Source: Cytophagales bacterium (GTDB lineage: Bacteria; Bacteroidota; Bacteroidia; Cytophagales; JAHDFW01). From it: a DNA stretch of 52,439 nt. Under the pieces are notes generated by a model. It saw nothing but the letters and a program-made list of their open reading frames with translations, had not been told where the DNA came from and searched no databases. The stretch spans positions 1 to 52,439 of the forward strand of contig JAHDFW010000006.1 of NCBI GenBank assembly GCA_020627945.1, given 5' to 3'. Shown piece by piece: positions 42,163-49,799 of the stretch; within the stretch, counting starts at the first letter, position 1, and every line of letters starts with the position of its first letter. The position numbers were made by a program, and so were the translations under genes.

Positions 42163-44511
42163 TTACTCACCTCCATTACTCTTATTTTTCTCTTCTAATT
42201 CCTTAAGCTTTCTCTCCATCTCTTTGTACTTCTCCTCCATCTCTTGATATTTTTTCTCCTTCTCTTCAAGCTCTTTCTCCTTGGCCTTTTCCAACTGCTT
42301 CTCCTCATCTTCCAACTCGTGGAAATGCTTCTCAATTTTTGCTAATCTTTCCTTTTTATTCAGGTACTCCTGATAAGCCGTAGGATTATCATCTTTACTG
42401 ATTTTCAATTTTTCGAAAATCGCAATATCTCTTTTCAGTTCCTCTATCATGAGGTACTCTTCATCCATTTGTTCATGACGTGCTTCTTCCTCTGCCCTTA
42501 TTCTTGCTTTCTCCTGCTCTCTTTTGTACTCTTCAAACTTCTCATCATTTACATTTTGAACTCCAAGAATCTTAATTTCGGTTCTACGATTCGCCTGATG
42601 CTCTTCTTCACTACAGTTAATTCCATCTTTACATCTATTCAGAAGATTAGATTCTCCATATCCTTTAGCTACAATTCTATCTTTGATAATATTGCCATTT
42701 TCTACCAAATAAGACACCGTACTCTCTGCTCGTTTTGTTGAAAGCATAAAGTTATTCGCCTCACTATCACGACTATCAGTATGTGAACCTAACTCAATTG
42801 AAATCCCAGGATTATCTTGTAGAAATTCGATCAATTTATTTAACTCTTTAGCTGCATCTGCTCGGATACCAAACTGTCCAACATCGAATAGAATATCGTT
42901 TATATCGTACCCTAATTCTTTTACATCATAACTGTCTTTGTCACCAAACTTTTTAAGGGCAACAAGTTCTTTTATAACATAATCACCGTCCTTATTTTTC
43001 TGATTCTTTTCGATCTCTGCCATATCCAGCGTAAAAGTTAACACTGAAGTAAAAAATGAATCCTTGGCTACTTTAATTTTATAAATTCCGTCTTTGTGTA
43101 ACTGGTGTCGATAATGTCCTTTTTCGTCGGAGAAGTTATTTTCAACTTCCTTCCCATCCTCAATAAGTGTAATTCCTGCATGATCCAAATTAGATGTACT
43201 ACTTTTTACTTCTAAATCCAAAAAGTAGAATGGGATGATCTGTTCTTTAAAACTATAGATATCGTCACTTCCTTGACCTCCTTTGCGATTAGAACATAAA
43301 AAACCATTCAATTTATCCGTGTAAACAATTCCAAAATCATCATATACAGTGTTTATCGTTTTACCTAGATTCACAGGTTTACCCGTTAATTTACCGTCTT
43401 CGGCAATCACTTTAAACAAATCCATTCCTCCATAACCTACATGACCATCAGAAGCAAAATAGAAAGACCCATTTTCATGAATAAAAGGGAACATTTCATT
43501 TCCGAACGTATTGTATGTTTTTCCCATATTTTTAGGAGAAGCAAATTGTCCATTTTTATGCGATGCTCTCCACAAATCAAGACCTCCACGTCCTCCTTTA
43601 CGATCCGAAACGAAATACAAATACTTACCATCTCTAGAAAAAAGTGGACATCCATCCCATTTCATAGGTTCATTGATCTCCAATGAAGTAGGTTCACTCC
43701 AATTTCCATCACTTTGTTTAGTAGAAACATATAAATCTACATCTTGCGAATCCTCTTTTTTATCACCAGAATTACTTCGGGCAAAAACCATAATTTTTCC
43801 ATCGGGAGAAAATGTTGCGCTTGCTTCATGTTTATTTGGAGTATTAATCATACCGTTCTCCTCTAAAGCAGAAACTCCTCCTGAACCAGCTTTATATAAA
43901 TTAGAGAAACCATAACCTGATCCACCGTAAACTTCTCCCTCACCACGAGAAGATGCAAAAACAAGTTCATCACCCATTTGTACAGGAGAATAATCCTCTG
44001 CTGGACTATTTAGATACGTTGCATTCTTTAAGGTGTAAGACCATTTTGTAAATGGAAGTTTTTCAATTTTTGAAATCTTCTTAGCTTCATATTTAGCACG
44101 TTTTTGAAGATTGCGATTCTTAACTTCTTTCTGATATTTATTTAAAACTTCTACAGCTTCATCATACTTACCAACACTCTTCAATGATAAACCATAATAA
44201 AGAGGGGCCTTAACTTTACTACTTCCTTGATCCACGGCTTTTTCGTAGAAAGGAGTCGCATCCTGCATTCTATTGGACATTCGATAGGATTCTCCAATCT
44301 GGTATTGCAAATCAGCCGAAGTATCGCCTTTTTCAACCGCATTTTGATAATTAGCAATCGCTTCTTCGTAATTGCCATTATTAAAAGATTCGTTGCCCTT
44401 TTTAGTAAAGTAACCAGCATTCTTACAGGCACTAAAAAAGAACGAACAACCTAATATTACAGTAGCAACCGTTGCTATTCTGTAAGATCTGAAATTTGAT
44501 ATAATCTTCAC
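42163..44511 (-). CDS. PorE-like OmpA-family lipoprotein (TPR, TolB-like beta-propeller, CRD-like domain, OmpA_C, and a C-terminal E/K-rich coiled-coil tail)
   Basis: GTG start with lipobox-like ILGCSFFFSAC. TPR-like NGNYEEAIANYQNAVEKGD.. Propeller repeats (E..P..S.DG..L.F.S.R.GG.GG.DL...). OmpA_C motifs (ELGSHTDSRDSEANNFMLSTKRAEST..., NRRTEIKIL). The last ~130 aa are rich in E, K and R. Confidence 0.85.
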   Translation of the reverse strand: MKIISNFRSYRIATVATVILGCSFFFSACKNAGYFTKKGNESFNNGNYEEAIANYQNAVEKGDTSADLQYQIGESYRMSNRMQDATPFYEKAVDQGSSKVKAPLYYGLSLKSVGKYDEAVEVLNKYQKEVKNRNLQKRAKYEAKKISKIEKLPFTKWSYTLKNATYLNSPAEDYSPVQMGDELVFASSRGEGEVYGGSGYGFSNLYKAGSGGVSALEENGMINTPNKHEASATFSPDGKIMVFARSNSGDKKEDSQDVDLYVSTKQSDGNWSEPTSLEINEPMKWDGCPLFSRDGKYLYFVSDRKGGRGGLDLWRASHKNGQFASPKNMGKTYNTFGNEMFPFIHENGSFYFASDGHVGYGGMDLFKVIAEDGKLTGKPVNLGKTINTVYDDFGIVYTDKLNGFLCSNRKGGQGSDDIYSFKEQIIPFYFLDLEVKSSTSNLDHAGITLIEDGKEVENNFSDEKGHYRHQLHKDGIYKIKVAKDSFFTSVLTFTLDMAEIEKNQKNKDGDYVIKELVALKKFGDKDSYDVKELGYDINDILFDVGQFGIRADAAKELNKLIEFLQDNPGISIELGSHTDSRDSEANNFMLSTKRAESTVSYLVENGNIIKDRIVAKGYGESNLLNRCKDGINCSEEEHQANRRTEIKILGVQNVNDEKFEEYKREQEKARIRAEEEARHEQMDEEYLMIEELKRDIAIFEKLKISKDDNPTAYQEYLNKKERLAKIEKHFHELEDEEKQLEKAKEKELEEKEKKYQEMEEKYKEMERKLKELEEKNKSNGGE

Positions 44512-44530
44512 AACTTTACTTATTAGGGGG

Positions 44531-47173
44531 TTAACGGGATATTAAAAACCAAGCTTTAAAACTTACCAACTCTTGATTTTGACGAGATGATAATGTGCAA
44601 TAATACTTTCCATCTACAAGGTTATCTCCATCCCATGTATTATCATAGTTGAAGATTTGAGCGACCTTTTTACCCCATCTATTATAAACAGTAAGATCCC
44701 ATCCTTCTTCCAAACAGTTAATAATGAGATAATCATTAATCCCATCACCATTTGGAGTTAAAATATTAGGAATCGCCATGTTCGGAACGATTACTTTTTG
44801 AACTGCCGTATCTAAACATCCGTTAATTGTTTCAGTAGTCAAGGTCAAATCGTACTCACCTGACACTACATACTCATGTTCCATTGGATCAGCTCCAACA
44901 AATGATTGACCATCAGCAAAATCCCAAGTTTGAATTACTGCGTCAGAACTAGTAAAATTCTCTATGGTCACAATCACAGGACATTCTACGCTATCATAAC
45001 TCACCACAAAATCCGGAGCACCATCTCTCACATGTACAATAACAGAATCTCTTGCCTCACACTCTTCTCCTAACTTCAAGTCGACATAGAAAATCACGCT
45101 ATCCTCATCAAATACTTTGGTTACTGTATTTGAGGTATCAGCATTTTCAACCAACGAAGCGGGGGACCAAGTATAACTAGTTTCTCCAAACGAAGGCCCC
45201 GTATACAATGCACTTAAATTAGCCACCTCGCCTTTACATATATTCTGATCTTGCGTATTTAAATCAGACGCATATACATCCGCTGTTGAAGCCGTAAAAT
45301 CTAACTGATAACCATCTTGATCATTACTATAATTAGTAATTACCACTGCATAGGTGTTTCCTTCTACCACAGGAAATGGATCTTCATTTTGATCTCCTGT
45401 TTGTCCATTAGGTCCAGTAGGTCCTGAGCTTCCTGACCAGTTACAACTTACAGCTCCATCCTCATGTAAAGTCTCACAAGAATGATCTGGTCCTGTAATA
45501 TCAAACACTGCCCAATCATAATCATTGGTAGGATCATTTGGAGTCAATGTAAAATTAAGATCTCCGTTACCCGGCACGGTAAAAGTATACCAAGCACTGT
45601 TAACTTCTACCTCTCCAGGAGGTCCTCCACTAGCTTGTCCAAAACAAGTATTGGTAGTACTGAACTCATATAAAATTTCACCTTCGCCTTCAAAAGATTG
45701 ATCTTGTGTATAAATTCCTAAACATAAAGGTTGTGCTCCTGCACAATCTTGAATCCCAGGCACCGGGCATGGTCCTTCTTCTAAATCAAAATCGAAAGAA
45801 GTTGAACTTGGAAAACCATCAGTTGAAACCACAATGTAATACGTGGTACCCGCCATTAAAGTCTTTTTATAAATCTGAAGTGAAGAAGACCCTGTAGATT
45901 GAGCTATACAATTAACACCTGCGGCATCTGGACAGTCGTCCAATAAAAATACGCCCGTTGAAAAATCTGCGTTAGTAATATTAATAGAAACACAAGTATC
46001 ATTAGATGGAGTATACTCAAAAACATAATCTTCGCCATCCATATAAAAGCTACCGCATCCCATAGAGGAGTTATAATCGTTTCCAAAACATGAAGTTGTC
46101 ATTCCAGATTCAGAATAAGACCCTGTAATAACATGTGGATTTGAACAAGAACTTCCTACAGCCCCTGCGGTAGTACTTGAAATATCTATATCAAAAACAA
46201 TAGATTGAGCTCCGCCGAATGATGGATCGGAAGAAACCACTATATAATAGGTCCCAGGACTAACTACTGCATTAAGAGATGCATTATTTCCAGTAGCATC
46301 TTCAATACAATTGGTACCACTTCCATCAGGACAGCCATCTAAGATGAATACCCCTGCATCGAAACTGGTCGAGGTTAATGATACACTTATACACTCATCA
46401 GTTGTAGCAGTATACTCGTATATAAAGTCATTTCCATTCATGTAGTTGCTTCCACATGCATCAGAAGAAGAATAATTACTTCCATAGTACAATGTGTTAA
46501 CCCCTGTTTCCATAAATGGTAGTGAAGTGATGACACTAGGAGTATCGCAATTCACACCTTCTATTGGAACACAAAAACCATCATCTGTTACTGCTAATGG
46601 ATTGTAGTTAATCGCTGTAGAATCTGTACATCCTGCTACTTGACATGTTCCTCCTGATACCGCAAGAGTTACATCTGTCATAGAACCATAGGTAAACGAG
46701 GCACAAGGATCCAAAGGAAGGGTCCCATTTTCTTGTTGTGAAATTCTCATTCTCTTGTTCCCATCACAAACCCAAGTTGGAACAGTAAATGAAAACGCCT
46801 GAACACTTGCCGTAGAAGGTGCAGTCCCTGACCAAGTCCCAATTACTTCACTTTGCTCAAAAACATTATCATCATCAAAATCGATCCACACCTGTGCTGT
46901 ATTAGTGAATGAAGAAGCACATGAAGAAAACTCAATATTCAACGTATAGGTACTATCTGCTTTTAAATCAGCCGACTGACTTCCCGTTAAATCTTCAAGT
47001 CCAGAAGTTCCTGGACAACTTACACCGACATTAATATTGGTGGTTTCTCCATTCAAGGAAAAGGCTCCAACATCTGAATCAAAAGTAGAACTAGGTCCTC
47101 CAGAAACACAATATTGCGAATGTGCACTAAATGAATAACCTATTAAAAATACGATCGGAATTAACTTTTTCAT
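44531..47173 (-). CDS. Secreted multidomain protein with a T9SS type B C-terminal sorting domain (GEVED-like N-terminal domain, repeated Cys-containing modules, PKD-like domain)
   Basis: Signal peptide MKKLIPIVFLIGYSFSAHSQ. GEVED-like AQVWIDFDDDNVFEQSEVIG. Two ~125-aa repeats (aa 208-332 and 342-465). PKD-like WDFADGQS...HEYVVSGEYDLTLT. Type B CTD IPNILTPNGDGINDYLII...LTVYNRWGKKV. Confidence 0.85.
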   Translation of the reverse strand: MKKLIPIVFLIGYSFSAHSQYCVSGGPSSTFDSDVGAFSLNGETTNINVGVSCPGTSGLEDLTGSQSADLKADSTYTLNIEFSSCASSFTNTAQVWIDFDDDNVFEQSEVIGTWSGTAPSTASVQAFSFTVPTWVCDGNKRMRISQQENGTLPLDPCASFTYGSMTDVTLAVSGGTCQVAGCTDSTAINYNPLAVTDDGFCVPIEGVNCDTPSVITSLPFMETGVNTLYYGSNYSSSDACGSNYMNGNDFIYEYTATTDECISVSLTSTSFDAGVFILDGCPDGSGTNCIEDATGNNASLNAVVSPGTYYIVVSSDPSFGGAQSIVFDIDISSTTAGAVGSSCSNPHVITGSYSESGMTTSCFGNDYNSSMGCGSFYMDGEDYVFEYTPSNDTCVSINITNADFSTGVFLLDDCPDAAGVNCIAQSTGSSSLQIYKKTLMAGTTYYIVVSTDGFPSSTSFDFDLEEGPCPVPGIQDCAGAQPLCLGIYTQDQSFEGEGEILYEFSTTNTCFGQASGGPPGEVEVNSAWYTFTVPGNGDLNFTLTPNDPTNDYDWAVFDITGPDHSCETLHEDGAVSCNWSGSSGPTGPNGQTGDQNEDPFPVVEGNTYAVVITNYSNDQDGYQLDFTASTADVYASDLNTQDQNICKGEVANLSALYTGPSFGETSYTWSPASLVENADTSNTVTKVFDEDSVIFYVDLKLGEECEARDSVIVHVRDGAPDFVVSYDSVECPVIVTIENFTSSDAVIQTWDFADGQSFVGADPMEHEYVVSGEYDLTLTTETINGCLDTAVQKVIVPNMAIPNILTPNGDGINDYLIINCLEEGWDLTVYNRWGKKVAQIFNYDNTWDGDNLVDGKYYCTLSSRQNQELVSFKAWFLISR

Positions 47174-47185
47174 GATAATAGATTA

Positions 47186-47596
47186 TTAATTTTTGTAGTA
47201 TGATTTGTTCTTTACCGAAATGAACTTTAATTCAAAATCCGTATTAAACGACTTAAAAAGCTTCCTTACTTCTTCAAGATCCGTTACCGAATAATACCTT
47301 AGCTGGTAATAATTATGCTCCTTTTTCAACTCATTGAAAGATACTACTTTGTAAAGTTTCAGGATTTCAGGTTTAACCAATTTTAGGTCAATTTCATTAG
47401 TTAATTGAAAGCGAGCCTCAATTATACTATTCTCAACTTTCTTAGATCTAAAGTCAAATGATGATTTTTGGTCTTGGCCAAATCCTTGTTCCGCAGATAA
47501 TACCAATAGCAGAACTACAAAAATCGCAGGGAAGATTTTTTTCATAACGTTTAAACTAGTGTTTTCTCTAGGCTTATTATAAAGAACAGTTTTCAA
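47186..47596 (-). CDS. Small hypothetical secreted protein
   Basis: It lies 12 nt upstream of the type B cargo gene on the same strand. The internal Met at 47545 gives a clean signal peptide (MKKIFPAIFVVLLLVLSAEQGFGQ) and is the more likely start. No recognisable motif. Confidence 0.55.
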   Translation of the reverse strand: MKTVLYNKPRENTSLNVMKKIFPAIFVVLLLVLSAEQGFGQDQKSSFDFRSKKVENSIIEARFQLTNEIDLKLVKPEILKLYKVVSFNELKKEHNYYQLRYYSVTDLEEVRKLFKSFNTDFELKFISVKNKSYYKN

Positions 47597-47907
47597 CTAA
47601 CTTTATACTAACTAAGCACTTAGATTATATGCCATCTAATTAAGCACAAAAATATACATTAACAAATGACGCCATAAACTTATTGAATAGTATGGGAAAT
47701 TCAAATGGATTTCATCATATAGTTATGAAACTCCCAAGGTATTCTGGATTACAACGCTTCAATTCCTATGCGGAGATCACACTTTAGATATCTCGAGTAA
47801 TTCTGACATAAATTTACTGAGTAACGAAGCAACTCCATAAAAACGTTAATAACCAATATGTGGGATTGATAGAATTCATTACTTTTACTACATATTGATA
47901 AATCACC

Positions 47908-49158
47908 GTGATCGCCTATTATTTAATATTATTTGCTACAGGATTTTTGATCCTATACTCTTACCGAAGTGTACATTTGGTTACAAAACAACTTAGCAAT
48001 CGTTGGAAATGGATTGTCAGAATATCCTATTTGGTGGTCACAAGTTTCGTTTATCTTACAACGGTCTATATAGGTGTAAATCGCGATGACTTCCGAGACA
48101 ACCAATTCCTGTTAGATTATGCTGTTTCAGGTTCCATAACTTTATCAGTCACGTTACTTTCAATTTGTATTTTCCAACTCATTGCGGATCTAGTTCTTCT
48201 GATCAGAAGCACCTTGTGGAAAGTTAAAACTTCGAAAACTCAAGAATTGAATGCAGGATCGATGAGTCGAAGAACATTCCTTAACAAAACAGCATTAGGA
48301 ATTGGAGGTTTTATGCTAGGTTCATTTTTGTGGGGAACAACCAAAGGAAGATTTGGGTGGCGCATCTTAACTAATCAACTTTCTTTTGATAACCTTCCAA
48401 ATGCATTCGATGGGTTAAGAATTGTTCAAATTTCGGATTTACATTTGGGGAGCTTTAATAAAAACTTCGAACCGATGAAAGAAGCGGTTGAGATGATTAA
48501 CGAATTGAATCCTGATTATATCGTTTTTACTGGTGATTTGGTAAATGCAGATCCAGCAGAAGCTGAACCTTGGGTTGCAATATTTCAAGGGCTTAAAGCA
48601 AAACTTGGCAAATTCTCGGTATTAGGGAATCACGATTATGGCTGGGGAGAAGCCGTTACTGATGAAGAAAAAATTAAAAACAGTAATGGTGTTGCTGAAA
48701 TTAATCGAAAAATGGGATTCAACATATTGCTGAATGAACATAAAATTCTCGAAAAGGATGGGGATAAAATAGGATTAGTAGGCGTTGAAAACTGGGGCTA
48801 TTCCAAAGAAGGATGGTTCCCTACTAAAGGCGATTATAAAAAATCTATAGAAGGAATGGAAGATGTCCCGTTCAAAATCTTATTGAGCCATGACCCTACG
48901 CACTGGGATCATCATATTCTTGAAAAAGAAGATGTTGACCTTACTCTTGCAGGACATACACATGGAGGTCAAATGGGCGTAAGAATTCCAGGGTTATTTG
49001 AAATTAGTGCAGCAAAATTATTTTACAAACGATTTGCGGGACTTTACAAGCAAGGTAATCAACATTTATATGTGAATCGTGGAATGGGATTTCTGATCTT
49101 TCCAGGACGAGTTGGAATGCCTCCAGAAATCACGTTGCATGAGTTAAGAAAATCCTAA
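47908..49158 (+). CDS. Membrane-associated metallophosphoesterase (calcineurin-like, COG1408/YkuE-like)
   Basis: MPE motifs in order: QISDLHLG, FTGDLVN, LGNHDYG, LLSHDP, AGHTHGGQ. The N-terminal ~115 aa are hydrophobic (about 4 TM helices), followed by SRRTFLNKTALGIGG. GTG start. Confidence 0.85.
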   Translation: MIAYYLILFATGFLILYSYRSVHLVTKQLSNRWKWIVRISYLVVTSFVYLTTVYIGVNRDDFRDNQFLLDYAVSGSITLSVTLLSICIFQLIADLVLLIRSTLWKVKTSKTQELNAGSMSRRTFLNKTALGIGGFMLGSFLWGTTKGRFGWRILTNQLSFDNLPNAFDGLRIVQISDLHLGSFNKNFEPMKEAVEMINELNPDYIVFTGDLVNADPAEAEPWVAIFQGLKAKLGKFSVLGNHDYGWGEAVTDEEKIKNSNGVAEINRKMGFNILLNEHKILEKDGDKIGLVGVENWGYSKEGWFPTKGDYKKSIEGMEDVPFKILLSHDPTHWDHHILEKEDVDLTLAGHTHGGQMGVRIPGLFEISAAKLFYKRFAGLYKQGNQHLYVNRGMGFLIFPGRVGMPPEITLHELRKS

Positions 49159-49160
49159 AG

Positions 49161-49592
49161 TTATTCCTCGGCCGTGTGAGTTTCTATAACTTCCATTAAA
49201 TGTTCCTCTATAAAAGGCTTACTCAAAAATGCAGTAACTTCTGAATAAGATTCTACAGTTTTCTGTTTTTCCTCAAGTAATGCGGTTGTTACCATTACCA
49301 CAACCCTGCTTGTTTTTTGTTGCACAGGAAGTTTATGAAATGCTTCCAAGAATTCAACCCCATTCATCCTTGGCATGTTGATATCAAGAAAAATTAAATC
49401 AGGAGAAGGAAATTGATCTTCATCTCCATGATATTTATCTGTTCGGCAGATATATTCCAGTGCATCCTGACCATCCACACATACCTGAATATGATTAGCT
49501 ACTTCTAATCTGCTTAAAACCCTTTTATGAATATAATTGATTCCCTCATCATCATCCACTAACAAAATACAATTCACTTTTTCCAAAACCAA
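49161..49592 (-). CDS. Stand-alone response-regulator receiver domain (CheY-like)
   Basis: ILLVDDDE acidic pocket, phospho-acceptor context LIFLDINMPRMNG, conserved T (VVMVTT) and K (LSKPF). No output domain. The start could be TTG 49592 or GTG 49577. Confidence 0.85.
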   Translation of the reverse strand: MVLEKVNCILLVDDDEGINYIHKRVLSRLEVANHIQVCVDGQDALEYICRTDKYHGDEDQFPSPDLIFLDINMPRMNGVEFLEAFHKLPVQQKTSRVVVMVTTALLEEKQKTVESYSEVTAFLSKPFIEEHLMEVIETHTAEE

Positions 49593-49799
49593 TACTTATT
49601 CAACAAGCCTCGTTATCTTATTATTAAAGTCCAAATTACAAACTAATCCATAGGCAACGAAATTTCTTAGATCAAAGTACTTCTCATAACGTTGAATTAA
49701 ACTTCCGTTTTATCCAGCAAGGTTATTTATCCAACTATATATAGTTTTTTATTAATGCTTTGCGCCAAAATTAATATCTTAGGAGTCACTTAACCTATA

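Noticed and set aside
42469-44454. ORFs 42469-42741, 43437-43655, 43441-43686, 43511-43915 (134 aa), 44181-44432 and 44227-44454, within or antisense to the PorE-like lipoprotein gene.
   Set aside because: All are inside the 782-aa frame, which has TPR, propeller and OmpA_C motifs throughout. The 134-aa ORF is the longest of them but has no features of its own.
45482-46086. ORFs 45482-45673, 45706-45897 and 45904-46086 inside the type B CTD cargo gene.
   Set aside because: Nested shadow ORFs.
47692-47793. 33-codon ORF (MGNSNGFHHIVMKLPRYSGLQRFNSYAEITL) in the 311-nt divergent spacer 47597-47907. The spacer was also checked for a riboswitch or sRNA.
   Set aside because: There is no ribosome-binding context, no hydrophobic or Cys pattern and no recognisable RNA structure. 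Spacers of this size are normal for divergent promoters.
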